NCBI GenBank assembly: GCA_022813865.1
Contig: JALDZX010000044.1
Coordinates: forward strand, 62,001 to 126,000
Reading direction: 5' to 3'
Source: Xylographa opegraphella
Lineage: Eukaryota
DNA: 64,000 nt
The notes below the pieces were generated by a model. That model worked only from the letters and a program-made list of their open reading frames with translations. It had not been told where the DNA came from and did not search any database. The position numbers and the translations under genes were made by a program. Numbering within the stretch: the stretch's first letter is position 1; every line of letters starts with the position of its first letter. Of the stretch, positions 48,770 through 62,483 are shown in pieces.

Positions 48770-51700
48770 ATGTCTTACAATGCCTATAACTATTCGCCAT
48801 ATTATCAGCAACAAGCTCAGCAACCAGTGACTGGAAATGGAAACGGACAACCAGAACTTGGGAATTCGAACATATCGTACTACAGGCCACTCGCAGATGT
48901 ACCGTCGCAACGGACCCACAATGGGCCAGCCACTTACCCGGCGATCACTACACCAGAACATTATAGCACGAATTATGCCTACCCTTCCTATAGGTCTACG
49001 GCTGCTACCCGGGAAGAGACTGCACAGCAAACTACGAAGACTGCAGCGAATTCAACTTCCAGTTACTATGATACAACATCCCAATCATACACAGATACAT
49101 CGGCATTGGGCAGTCTAGCCTACGCGTCAGCACTTGGGAGAGATGGTAAATCAACGGAGCAGAATCAGAACAACGTTACTCAACACCAGCCCCCAATATA
49201 CCCCAGCGCTTCTCAAGTGCCGTATGGCTCTAATGTGACAGCCGCAAATGGATACTCTGAAGCGAGGTCTGATAGTCGCGGCTCTAGCAACACGCGTCGC
49301 AATAGTGGACTGAACCATACACCCATAGGAAGTCCTTCTGCCGCTTCGATCGCAGCGAACGCTCTGGCACAGACACAACAGTTGAGCCGTGTCTCATCCC
49401 CTCACTATCATCAAAAGCCGGGGCAATACTCAAATCGGCAATCTCTTGCAACTACACAACATTCTGGCTACTCGCCGAGCAATCCAGGTCAAAGCTATAC
49501 CGTTGGCTTACAAGATCCTTCCTCCGTAAACTCCGCGAATACCATTTCTTTGCCACCAGTTCAGAGTTCGAAAAGCCGCGAATCGCCTGGGTCAAGTAAA
49601 CCACCATACAGGCCTTTGCCCCCTGCAGCATATCCTGTGGCCCTCACAGCGGCGGGCGATGCTAGCTACCATGCGGATACAACGTCATACCAAACAGTTC
49701 CTGCCACACAACAAAAAAAAGGCCCAGTCACCTTTTCGACTTCTGCCGAGCCTCCATATAGTACCCAAAGCCATAGTAGGAGCTCGAGCACGTCGAATGT
49801 GCCGCGAGAGGATCAGCACCAGATGTCTTCGCGACAGTTCATATCAACAAATAAAGGCCCGAGTCAGCTTTCCAATAACCAGAGTGAGAGCTCGAACAGC
49901 AATACTGGACCAGAGATTGAGAACCACCCGATTACCGTTGACCCGAATCAAGTCTTCAACGTCTACGAGTTCCAACGACGGAAGGCCGAAGCTGAGGCCG
50001 AAGCCGCCAAAAAGGTTACGGACCAGCGTTCACTGCAAGATCGCCCAGCAACATTGTCTTCTGCCAATGGGAAACAAGCGGCATCAGCATCAGCCCCGGC
50101 TTTCGGGGCTGTTGGGGCTACTGTTGGAGCTAACACGAAGCAATCTAGTGCGAAACCAGGATCTAAAGAAAAGATTGAAGCTGAAATAAAAGCAATGATT
50201 GAAAAGATGCGTGAGTACAAAGCTAAGGATCCAGCCGTTTTTTCAGAAGTCTGGGAACGCTTCAAGCAGGTCAGTCATTCTTCAATTCATAGTTTAGTAA
50301 TAAATTATTTCACACCTCTTGAAAATGGCAGAAACACTCTCAACCAAGCTACATGCACATGCAAGAACCACCTTGATGGACATGTTTACTCAATGCTCCG
50401 CTAACATTTGTATTTAGGTTCAGCCTCCTCCAGGAGCTTCACCACAATCGCTCCACACGGCAAGGGAGCCTCAAGCTACGACATCCACTTCAAGACAGGA
50501 CCGCGAAATAGCCTCACCCAGCATTATGGACAATGGTATCCTGCCAAGCCCAAGTCCTGTTCTCGCACAATACCCAAACATACCAGGTAATGAAACTGGT
50601 AATCTTCCTGATCTAGGCAGATTTCCATACCAGAGAAGGAGAAGAAGCAGGATGACGGACAAGGCGAAACCAAACGAATCCAGGATGAGTGACGTCGTAA
50701 ATGCAGAAGATTTCGGCTCTTCTCGATTAGATAATTCTGTCATCGACCCAAGATTGTCAGCCTCATCTACGTCTGCAGTGATGCAAACGGGAAGCCAGGA
50801 AAAGGTGGCAACAGATATGCCACCGCTTGAGAAAACGGCATATCAGAACATACAATCATTACAAGGCGGCCGTGACCCGAACGCCGCTACTTCTACTACC
50901 TCTTATTCATCTCCCTACGTTGTTTCGACTTCGAAACCGGGTTCTGGTACGATCTGGCCCGAACACAATAAAACGGCTCTGGCTATCGTCGGCAAAAATA
51001 TACTGGAGTCGACTGCGGTCAATGTCGGAAAGAGGATCTCCGTTGACGATATTCGCTCGATGTTAGACCAGGATCCAAGCTATGATCAACTTTGTCAAAC
51101 TTTGGAATCACGAGGATTTGTATTTGAAAGGGCCGACTTCGCGCGGCGGCTGCTTAATGCAGTACCACACACTAAGATCGACTCCCAAACACCAATTACG
51201 ACTCCTAGACCGGTCAAAAAACCGCGGCGTAAGCCGGCGAGCGACTCCCCACCTCGTCCACGTGGCAGACCACGCAAGGATGGACTGCCACCACGGCAAA
51301 CGCTTGTTGTTCAGAACGAGATTAATGGCCAAACTCCGACTGCGTCGTCGTCCTACCCGAATGGCTATATGCCAGCATCTTACGTTACGACGTCCGGCCC
51401 GGGAAACCATCAGGTACCAACCTCAACCCAGAACTCTAGCGATCAGCTTCTGGCTTCTGTATTACAGACCGCTATTACTCAAATCGATAATCAGAGTTTT
51501 GGATCGGCATTGAATGACCGGCCTGTAGCAAATACTGGTCGGCCTTCTACAAATATTGCACGACCTCCGTACGCTATCGATGGCAATAAAGGTGGGTCTT
51601 CCACCTACTCTGCTGGCGATGCCGCTCGTGATGCGTTAAAATGGAGCGCAACCCGGCAATATGGTCCAGAGACGTTCAAAAAAGATAACAATAAAAGTGC

Positions 51701-53962
51701 ACAGCCGGGACAAATATCGCGCGCTATGCCTCCTCCATCACCGGTAGTCAAGGTTTCACACCCGCGTTTTGGAACACTCAATGTTTTTGGATCCCAGGTT
51801 AACGTTGGACAAATTGCTCAAGACAGCAATACTCAGGCTTCCGGCGCAACTGACGTCTCCACGCCAAATATTCTGACCAAGGAACAGATGGCACGTAAAC
51901 GCAACTTCAGTGAGATTGTAGATCTTACTCAAGATATAGACGACGAGGTCGCAAATGAGCATAAAAGGGTACAACTTTCGAAACCAGGATCCCTCACCAC
52001 AGATCAGGGCGCCAGTAGTAGTGCAATCCGCAGCCACGCGTACCCCGCTCAGTTGACTGCTCCAGAACCTATGATGACTGTGCAAATCGCGCCAGCTACT
52101 ATCCAGAATGGAACGCCATCAAACTCTTGTACTTCAGTTACCGCAAATAACGCAAGGATTGATCTTTCGCAATTTAAGGCACCGAACGCGGGTATTATAT
52201 CAAGTCGAGAGGCACTCCGGCTGGGAGATGTGGTACAAGAATTGAATAAGAACGATGCGCTCAAGAGATCCGTTTATAATGTCAAAACTCTGGCTCGAGA
52301 TATTTTGATCAGCAAAGGCATCCATCCTACTGAAAGACCACTCAACTGGCATCTGAACTCTTTGCGTGGCAACTTCCATAATGTCACCAGCACTTCCGAT
52401 CTTAGTACATTTCGTTGGGATTTGGTAGATCCTGGAGGGCCAAAAATGTCGCATGTGGTACGTGAGGCTGAAACCAAAGCTCAGGATGCCGATGATGAGG
52501 CCATGACACCATCTTCTGTCCCCACATACACCCCGACGCGTGGAAGGCCAAGAGGCCGACCGCGAAGTCATCGAGGAGCAGTCCGTGGAAATCCATCAAG
52601 CGTGCGCTCGTTAGACAGGTTCCGACACGATGTTACCAGCTTAGTCAGAGACATGCGTCCTAGCCGCGGTGATCGCGGCTCGCTCTCCCGAGGAACTTCG
52701 CACTTACACACATCAACAACTCGACAGTCTCGCACACCAAATTTTATCGACATGGCAGACGGGACAATTCCCAGTCATATGAGCCCTCCTCCAAGACCAA
52801 AGGAGAGCAGCGTAACAGGGTCCTCTGGCCTACAAAGTTCTTTGTCTGTATTGGTAGACAATGGAAGTGCAAACAATCGACATCAACCTGAATCAGATGG
52901 ATCGGCGGATGCGCCTACGGCGCGTGCCGCGGAATCAACAGTCGGAACCTCGCTTGTTGTTAGGGTGCCCGGCCTGACTTCAGCGTTGGAGCAATCTCGC
53001 TCGACAACACCAAGACCTCGAGGTCGCCCTCCAGGGTCTGCTAACAAGTCTTCTACAGCCGACACAGGTCCTAAAAAAAGTGGGCGACCAGTAGGATCTG
53101 GGACCCCGAGTCGTGGCCGTCCATCTGGTCGAGGCCCGTCTATCAGTTATAGAACTGAAGTGCCAGAAGATGGGATTGGCATTCTCGTACCGTCTCGCTC
53201 TCCCAGTGCTTCATCTCATCTCTCTCATGTGGAAACGATACCTGAAGTAGAGAAGAGGAAAAAAGGCAGAAAATCTCGTCAAGCTGTGACCCCACGCTTT
53301 CAGGTCTTTAGGTGTCAGTGGCAGGGTTGTGGTTCAGAGCTCCACAACCTCGAGACTCTGAGGAAGCATATTTACAAATTACATGGCAAAGCAGAGAGCT
53401 CCGAAGTCGAAGCAAGTGCCGAAGCGGCCCAGAAGAAGATACCATGTCTGTGGATTGGGTGCGAGCAGGAAGGAGTCTTTAGCAGCACTACTGGGATAAT
53501 GAAGTTTGAAGATCGTGATTCATGGAAAGCTCATGTTGAAAGAGGACATCTGGCGACTGTAGCCTGGGAACTTGGAGATGGACCTTCGACACATCCATCT
53601 GGTACATATGTTTCTCCAGTGTCAGCTATATGCACGCATGACTGACTACCAATATAGATGTCGAGCCGTCAAGCTACCTCTCTGACTCTCAAGGCCGCAC
53701 TGTCACTCCACTTGCGAGAACGACAGGTCCTCCTGACCCCCTCCCACCTGGCTCGGGTCGAAGTCCCACACGCGCATACCATCGTGCTCACGGCAATGTC
53801 ACAGAACACCAGAAGTCACAGGCTGAGCTAAATTCTCAAGTGGCTACGAAACAGGTAGCCGGAGTGTTTATAGGTCGTGGCACCAAAGAGCCGGAAACCC
53901 CCCAGGTGGAACAAGAATCGGGAGAAGAAGAATCAGATAGCGATCATAGCTCTAGTTCATGA
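48770..53962 (+). CDS. Large nuclear protein with multiple AT-hooks and C-terminal C2H2 zinc fingers
   Basis: Exons 48770-50269, 50418-53601, 53658-53962 splice in frame. AT-hooks RPRGRPRK, RGRPRGRPR, RPRGRPP. Fingers CQWQGC..LRKHIYKLH and CLWIGC..HVERGH. Confidence 0.85.
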
Positions 53963-54388
53963 AGAGAGTTATGGTTAGATGAGCGGAAATGATATACATT
54001 TCATTGGACAAGAATGAGGAAGGTTGGTCGCAGTTTATGGTCCAGTTCGTGGTGATATCGGCTACCCGGTGTCCTTTTTTAACAGCGACGACAAAATCCT
54101 TCTCAAAGACGATACATGCCAGATTCGTGCCTCAATTAATATACTTGCGATACATAACATTCCCGAGACTGCCAAACCTTGTTATCTTGGCAGAATACTG
54201 CTGTCGTCATAGTATCAGGTCTGCAAGCTGTTTCTCCCTCGATTAACCCCAACGTAATGTCGCTGATCACAAATGCCACCTTCGTAAATCTCTCCATTTC
54301 CAGACCTTTATCTCAAATAGCAAGCTTCCTAATTCATGCTTTTGAAACTGGTCAATCACCATGGCATCTCCTCATACTACCCGGTATG

Positions 54389-54607
54389 TTATTTCATATC
54401 ACCTTTGCCTGTACGCTTCGATTCCACATTCGCTTCGAACTTTGACGACAACTTGTCGCTCGGCGCGCTGGCTTTCTGAATGGGGGTAGTAGCGTTTGCT
54501 TTATCCTCAATAGCATTGACCTCGAGAAAGTGATATAAGACAATAAGAAGCATTGACAGCGAGCCTAGGAAAATGGCGAGGGTGTAGAGATCGTTGTCGG
54601 ATATCAT
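54389..54607 (-). CDS. OST4: Oligosaccharyltransferase subunit Ost4
   Basis: MISDNDLYTLAIFLGSLSMLLIVLYHFLEVN is the Ost4 signature (MISDxxL..G...LIVLYH). Confidence 0.92.
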   Translation of the reverse strand: MISDNDLYTLAIFLGSLSMLLIVLYHFLEVNAIEDKANATTPIQKASAPSDKLSSKFEANVESKRTGKGDMK

Positions 54608-55210
54608 TTTGGAGGATGATGGTGGTGGTAAGAGTAGAGGGCGAGACTTCCGGATAGGAAGGAATCGACAATGTCGCGCGTCAATTGAAAGGTCTCGGAA
54701 GCTGGGAAGTATTCTGCTTTTTGATATGAGCAGGCGTAGATTCGAACGATTATTCTCGAGAAAATGGGACGGCGAGGAGTTGTAGTGACTGAGCTGAGTA
54801 CGTTGTCAGTCTCTATCCTTTATCCACATTTTGTTGTGATCTCGGATAACTGCTTTATTACTCACATGGCTCTGTCCTGTCACCTAGATTGTGCTGCGTA
54901 AAGTAGGTCAACAACTTGACGCGTTCGACCAAAGCCCTGAGAGCTACGTTGCGGTTCTCCAAACTCGCCGCAAATCCGCGCTAGTGAAATCCCCACTGAC
55001 GGAACCCCCCCCGCCCTTCAAGACTCATACTCATCAGATTCCGGATTCGTATTCTCGCCCTCAAGCAAGTCTTCGAAGGTCGTCTTTCCCTGTTTTATTT
55101 AGCCTTCCATTCAGTATTTCGTTCTGAACCTGTGCTCTCTGTTTCTTTCTTTTCAAAATCCCCATCAAATATTCCTTCATTTCCTACTCATCTTCTCGAG
55201 ATCGAGCAAA

Positions 55211-56609
55211 ATGCCAGCGAAGAAAGCTGCCGATAAGTCGGCGAAAGGCTCCTCTACCAAAGTTGTAGAGGATAAGGTGAGATTTTGCCCCATGAATTGG
55301 GACAGGATAATACTGATATCGTCCGTAGACCTTTGGCATGAAGAACGTGAGTTATCTCCTCCGTGGTCGCCTCGTCTTGTTATTCCTTTACAAGCGGTAC
55401 AGTTCTATAACAATGGGGTTGGAACTAATCAATTTTACAGAAAAAAGGAGCCCAGGCGCAAAAGACAGTCGCCCTTTACAAATCCCAAGCCGCCCAAGCC
55501 AAAACCCCAGAGCAGAAAAAAGCAGCGGCGGAGAAGGAAGCCCGAGAGAAGGAGAAGGCTGCCTCTGAAGCTGCGAAGCGCGAGCTCGCCGAACTCTATA
55601 AGCCCGTACAAGTACAGAAAGTGCCGTTTGGAGTAGATCCGAAGACCGTCGTGTGCATATTCTACAAGCAAGGCAACTGCGAGAAGGGGAAGAAATGCAA
55701 ATTCAGCCATGACTTGAGTGTGGAGCGGAAGGGAGAGAAGAAGAATCTATATCAGGATACAAGGGAAGGAGAGGATGAGGCGAGGCGGAAAGATGACATG
55801 GCTGATTGGGATGAAGGTATGTACCCATATGTTCGAGTATGAGTTGGGTTATGGCTGACTTGGCATAGCCAAATTACGAGAAGTTGTCATGAGCAAACAC
55901 GGCAACCCCAAAACCACGACCGACAAAGTCTGCAAGTTCTTCATTGAAGCTGTGGAAAATGGCAAGTATGGTTGGTTCTGGACGTGTCCGAACGGCGGCG
56001 ACAAGTGCATGTACAAGCATAGTTTACCACCCGGGTATGTTCTACAATTATCCCTTCTGCGCTTCAAATACTAACATCTTTTCCAGCTTCATACTCAAAA
56101 CCAAAGAACAACGCGCGGCAGAAAAAGCGCTCATGGACAAATCGCCCATCAAAACCCTCACCCTCGAAGACTTCCTCGAATCCGAACGCCACAAACTCAC
56201 CGGGACTCTCACGCCCGTCACACCCGAAACGTTCGCCAAGTGGAAGAAAGAACGGTTGGACAAGAAAGCGGCGGAGGAGGAGGCACGGAAAGCGAAAGAG
56301 GAGACCGGCAGGGCCATGTTCGAGAAGGGAGGCTGGGACGAGAGCGAGGACGAGGAGAGTGATGAGGAGGAGGAGGAGGAGGATGAGACGGGAAGAGGAG
56401 AGTGGGATCTGGAGAGGTTGCGGAGGGAGACGGAGGCGGAGAGGGAGAGGAAGGAGAAGGAGCGGGTAGGGAAGGCGGATGTGGGCGGCGGTCCAGTGGA
56501 CGAGAATATCAATGGTGTGGACGACGGAGACGGTGAAGCGATTGAGACTAATAGTGTCAACGGGGTCAGTGGGGTCAATGGGGTCAATGGGGTCAATGGG
56601 CATGAATGA
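55211..56609 (+). CDS. TMA46: Translation machinery-associated protein 46 (ZC3H15/DFRP1 family, two CCCH fingers)
   Basis: Exons 55211-55276, 55329-55346, 55441-55816, 55869-56034, 56087-56609. Motifs [95 protein letters not shown]. Confidence 0.95.
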
Positions 56610-57077
56610 AACTTGGATCCACAGGTACACAGCCAAGACCAGTCGAGGTATATGTTTTGAATTTAGCGGCATCAATAATATCTTTAACGTATCCATTCAC
56701 CAGAACTGAGTGCGCAAACATTCTTCTCCGAAGCACTTCCCTTCCCACCTCCGTCCTTGATATGCGAACAGTTCATGGGTGGGGGCTAACGCGAGACAGG
56801 CACAGAACGATACTCCTTCAAATCTCAAATTACTGCTATCAGGTAAAACATATAGGCCGTAAAATCGTAATAGTCATGCACCCCTATCCGCGTAAAATTT
56901 GGGTATATAAAGGTAGTTGTCGTGGGTCTGTTTACCAACGTAATGCAGGTCGCTCACCGAGAACGAAATGACGCCTAGTGGACCCATCCACAACCAAAGA
57001 TAGCCAATCGTTGATATATCCAGCATGAATTGTTGACTATTCACCAGATACTGAACGTCGAACCCCTGCCTTGCGCG

Positions 57078-58606
57078 TTACTCCTCCGAAAATGACATTG
57101 GAGCCGGCGGAGCCATAATCTGAGATATAGGCGGTGTTATAGCTGCTGATGAGGCACACCCTTTATACTTTTCCCACAAGGCTTCGACGTCTCGCTTGAA
57201 GGATTGAGCGTTGGGGCCGAGACCCCACCTGTGGATTGCGTTCCACCACTCAGCGTAGGTTTGGACGCCATCTGGATTGCCGAGAGAGTCGGTGCCAATC
57301 CACTGTATTGAGAAACCACTGCCAGAACACGTGGTCTTCCACACTCTAAATTTCGTCGAGTTGAGGACGATAGAGTAGTGCCGAAGGTCCGTCATATCGG
57401 ACGAGCCCAGTGCTTCTCGCAGTTTCTTTCGTTGTGTCAGCCACACAACCGAGGCTACTGCAATTTGGCAGACAGCGTCGCTATCCTTGCCTGATTTTTC
57501 TGCGCATTTGTACTCGAGGGTAAGGTACGGGCAAACGCCATGCGGCTCAGCAAGAATCCAATCCAGATCTGGTCTGGATAAGATCCTTCGAAGTTCATCA
57601 TCAAAACGATTAATCGCGAGCATATAGGTAGAGTCAGGCTGAATGTCCCAATCATAGGTATACAGAGTAAAGGGAATGGGAGGCCCTTCTTTCCTGGGCT
57701 TGTACCCATCCCTGCATAATGATACTATACTCTGCTCTTGGTCATCGTAAACGTATGGTTCGAATGGTGCCAAGTATTTGTTCACTATTTTCGTCAGCGC
57801 GACCTCGTCTTATTTGCGTAGATGCGAGATTATAAGTTGATCAGAGATAATAAGAGCCGTATCATTCGGGATGTCAAGGTATACTTCGGACGACGGTTTC
57901 TCCCTAAGCTGTTCCTGTGGCAGGATATCCCCAGGCTTAGATTGGACTGGACTTTCTCGAATTTGCACATTGGCGAGCTCCAGAATGTAGCTTTGGAAAT
58001 GTTCGTCTTTAGGTCCAAGGTATGTACGACCGTCAGCACGTTTCCGTTTACTTTTACTCGTTTCCGTTGTTCTTGTGGCTTCGGATATTGCCTCCATGAA
58101 ACGGTTCTCTTCTATTGCTTCTTCTATATTCTCCTCAATAGGAGGTACTGGCTGTTGCAGGCTCGTAGCAGAATTGCAGACCCAGCAAGGAAAGCTGCAC
58201 TGAGGGCACCTATATGCTGTGTTGGTATCCTGGTGTATTTGATCTACTCCATCGACAGCCCCTTGAATAGGTGCTGCAGGCTCCCTTCTTTGAATTTCTG
58301 AACTTGGTGACGAGTGAGGAGTTCTCGGTACCGGAGTCACCGCTACCTCTGGGCAAGCTTTTATTGCACCCGGTTCTTGGTACCCTTCGATATCCTGTTG
58401 TGCGACAGCTCTCTGTCCTGGAATAATAAATAAGTAACAAACACGTACAAGAAGCTCTACGGATATAACATACCAAATCCAGCTGGTTCTTGCAATCCAG
58501 ACTCCTTCGTCTGACCATGCGCCTGCTGTGAAGCTACCTTCCGGGCACCTTTCTGTGTGGCCTGCTCAACTTGGTGACCTGTTTGAAAATCAGTGGGACC
58601 AGACAT
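57078..58606 (-). pseudogene. PD-(D/E)xK nuclease-like gene interrupted by a single in-frame TAA
   Basis: ATG 58606, intron 58473-58418 (GTATGT..CAG), then a continuous frame to 57078 except TAA at 57812-57810 (SHLRK*DEVALTKIVNKYL). Motif QPD..PYLTLEYK..AVCQIAVAS. Confidence 0.65.
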
Positions 58607-59242
58607 GGGATGCAGTAGACCTATAATATAGGCATCGATGGAACGAACCAGGCTTCCGTAACCTGGGAGTCTTTCGTGCCGGCTGCGAAGAGTGGTAAAA
58701 CTCGTTGGGGCAACTGCGTTTCCGTAGCTCCATTTCAACGGGATAGTCTACACCAATGGCTAAGTGCTGAGGAGTCTGGATTTAATGTATAAGGGTGTGC
58801 AAAGAAGAAAGTCCCGAGGATTGCTTGGGTCTTGATGATTGAAGAATTCTAAATGCACATGACAGACCCCACTAGTGCTCGCGAAGCGCTTTCTCGAGTC
58901 TCTGTACTCGGTAGGTCTTCATATATATCGTAGGGCTGTTAGGTCCTGAGCCAAGTCTTGGCACGCTAGTGCTGACCCAATAGCAGTCACTTTAACGCTG
59001 TCGAGAATCCCAGGCTGAAGCACGCCACTCTTAGAATTATGCAGTAAATGCTCTTCGCTTGGTCGTCGTGTGAGTTGAGTCTACGAGGATTATTCAATAA
59101 ATTATGGAAAAGGTTGTGCAATGGTAACTCTAGAAGTACAGTGTTCAAAGCTGGATATTGATCATGAAATTTGTCTCTATCATGTCTTCACAGACTGTGT
59201 CTCAGTGGGTAGGCCACCCATGACCCACACACGTGGAGCACC

Positions 59243-60579
59243 TTAGGCTTCTAGCTTTTCGTTGACTCGAAAGCGGAACTGATCACCGCGGTCCAGATAT
59301 ATGACTTTGTCACTCAGTCCAGCCTCTTCCATAATCTTCTTGAAGTCTGACAGCGGAGACAGAAACACATCATAATCACTGTTGTGAAATTATCAGTAAG
59401 ATAGCCAGTGGCACAATACTGCTCGACGAGGGCGGTGCTCGTGGAATACTCACTCATAATGAATCGGAATGGTCAAATCGGGGTTGATCAGCCTGACCAG
59501 GCCGAGACCTTGCTCGGCGTTCATGGTTACCATGAGTAAAGGCACCGAAGGCGATGGGATCGTCGTGCCACCCAGATGGGCTAGCATCAAGTCGATATTC
59601 TTTCCCTTGTATCGTTCGGGAATCTGCTTCAGGTCATCAACAAGCAGGGTATCACCGGATATATATATGCTGCATTTGACAGCGTTAGCATCGCTTCAGG
59701 CTGTGAAGAAGAGGGAAAGGACAGAAAGCGCATCCGAAAGACTCTAGATCTTACCGGTATCCACATTCCCACCCATCTTGGCCTTTGGTCTCCCCGAGTT
59801 CCACCATCCATCCATTCGTCGGTGGCACTGCACCTGCCAAATCGTTCAAGGTCCCAATGATTCCATCCGGCACATGCTTCCCCGGCATCCCAGTCACTTT
59901 CACCCCGAGTCCCTCTCCTCCAACATCTACCACCAAGCTCTCCCAAAACTCGACCGCCTCGACATTCGTGAATTTTTCACCGTCGCCTTCCTTCTCCTTG
60001 TCGTCCACCAGACACTTCTTGGCATGTGGAGTTGTTACTATGGGAAGATCTCGGCGCAAGGAAGCTTCGACGTGGGCATCGAAGTGGTCAGCGTGGTAGT
60101 GGGAAAGGAGTACAAGTGAAATGGGCGGGAGGTCATGGAGATCGACGGCAGGATTGGTGAGACGTGTGCCCGTCACGCCAGGGCCGAGATGAACGTGATC
60201 GCCGGCATGGAGGAAGTTCGGCTACGCAACGGGGAGTGGAGATCAGTCTCGGTCTTGTCACTAGAGTGGATACGTCGAGAATGGAAGCAAGTATCGGTAG
60301 ACAGTATCATACATCGGTCATGAGCCTCAAGCCCTGCCATTCTCTGTTGACTCTGATCAGTACTCGTTGATGCTGTACCAGGCCGGCATTCTGCAGGGCT
60401 CACAGTATTGTCGTCGCCGTTCCTACGAAGTAAATACTGGCGTCCTCGCCTCCGCTATTGGTCGGATGCACTTTAACCTCATTGGGCTTGGGCAGGCCTT
60501 CGGGTAGGGCATGGCCATGAGGGTGGTCCCGAAGTGGAGACCGAGTGCTCGAGGTGTCGATAGTGATATGTCTCATCAT
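59243..60579 (-). CDS. Metallo-beta-lactamase-fold (Zn-dependent) hydrolase
   Basis: Exons 60579-60404, 60343-60313, 60221-59755, 59669-59454, 59378-59243. Motifs YFVGTAT, LMTDPNFLHAG, LLSHYHADHFD (HxHxDH), YISGDT, IPIHYDDY. Confidence 0.92.
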
Positions 60580-62440
60580 GATGTCTATGTCTGGTGAAGC
60601 TATTGTTGTGCCGAGTACCACTTTTCTTTACCCCACGGGATCGAGCCATTGAGTGTGGGGTCACAATGACGAAGTGCGACTGACGTAGTTCACGTCCGGC
60701 CAATTTCAACCGTCTGATGGTATCTTTGTGGATCCCATGGAGGCAGTAAGTCATCGATTGATATCATTTAGCTGCTTTTCTCCAACTGAGAAATTCAAAT
60801 AACAGCTGGGTCCACATATCATTCACCCGTGGAAGGTGTCGGGAACTCCAGCATGCTTTCATCGTGTCACTCGTCCGGCAAAGCCACGTGTCCCCGTTGT
60901 AACGTAGAAGACCGTTTTGCAATACTGGTATCGACTATCCAGTCCATGTTTTGTTACCACCTCTTGACAGGGTGGCAGTGCCTGGGATGCAATGGTGATG
61001 CATCAGCTCCTCCGGTCATCACAACATAAACGCCCGGGGCTGAAGCCCTAGCTGACTATTCTAGCCGCTATCGATAAAGACCGCTCCATCTCGCCTAGTC
61101 TAATTCTATTTTAGGCACTCCTACAATGTAAGATATCTTTCCATTCGTATGCGTGACATTCATGGATGCACAATGTGTGACTGTCGCTCACAAGTGTCTC
61201 TTCTACATTACCCACAGTGGAGAGGAGGTTTCCATCTGGAGTAGAAGAGCTCCACCTCCGATGCGTGATGCAAGATGTACTGGCTCAGTTGGAGCTCTGT
61301 GACACATCTTTGGGGCTGCTGCTATTGCTAGGACCGAGGATCGAGCACCACAGCATCGTTGTTCGAAAAGGTCGCTGAAGTGCCGTGAAGGCCAGCAATG
61401 CTGTTTGGCTGCCACTGAATTGATTTTACGGCCGTTGATTTTATCTTGCACGTTTTGACGACGATGCTGTTGTAGTATGGAGAGCTAGCCTCGAACAATA
61501 CGTCCAGCAGTTAGTGGCTGGCCCACTTAATGGCTTTCGGCTGGCAGCGAGTTAAGTACAGCTATACGCGACTATCAACTGTGTCTATAGTCAATGACTT
61601 CGACAACGGCTCAGCAGGTGAGTCCCAGCTCAAGATGTCCAGACGCAGTCGAATATCTCGCTAATAATGACTGGAGTCAGGGAGGCTCAAAGTCAAATCA
61701 GTGACAGAATTTAAGTCGATCTATTATATCAATATAGTATTTCCAACAAGTGAGATCTCTCTGGGATCGACCACTCATTGGCATACTCTACTTAGTACAA
61801 TGTCCTAGCGGTTATCACATCGCAAGCTACAAATCCACATTGAGGCCGCGGAGGAGGTCTTGCGCTACACAAGACACTGGATGTATATATGTCATTGAAA
61901 TCCTTTTACTCCGTGTAGGCCTGATATCTCTGGAAGATTGTGCTCGGGAACGAGAATGGCGAGGAGAGCTTTGGAAGAGAACTTCCTTTCCAGACTGACG
62001 GTTATGAAGAGCGCCGTGCTGTGCCCGAGGTGCAGAAATAAGCCAGCAGTAAGTTAGCTTTGACCACACTTTAAGACTTCGTGTACACCGAGTCTCATGG
62101 TATGCATGGTGTGAAACAGACACAGACTTAGCCCGGATGATCGAGAAGAAGCTCGAAGCGCGAGCTTATTTCTGCATTGATTGCCGTCATAGCGTTCTAC
62201 CGCGAGACTTTCTTATCCAGAGTCACTGAATTGATCATTTTCATTTCGCTGGCGGCTACTTTATCATTCCAGCAGTGATTGGCCAATCTGCCACCCCATT
62301 CTTGTACCTTATCACCACGGTCACACAGTATCACATAGATTATCACCCTTAGAGTACTTGACCTCCATCTCGATCTCACACCATCGCGGCCCATCACAAT
62401 GCCTCGAGCACAACGATCAAGCGCTATCACATCCATAATT

Positions 62441-62483
62441 CTCCATCCTCCATCCTCCATCCTCCATCCTTCCATCCTCCTCC
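62441..62483 (+). repeat. (CATCCTC)n simple repeat
   Basis: About 5 tandem, partly degenerate 7-bp units in intergenic DNA. Confidence 0.75.

Noticed and set aside
56556..56600. 9-bp repeat encoding (VNG)n at the TMA46 C-terminus
   Set aside because: Ordinary low-complexity tail slippage.
57787..57882. Intron GTATAC..GCTGAC..TAG that would remove the premature stop of the nuclease-like gene
   Set aside because: The donor is phase 0 while the acceptor requires phase 1, so splicing would frameshift. I found no convincing in-phase donor.
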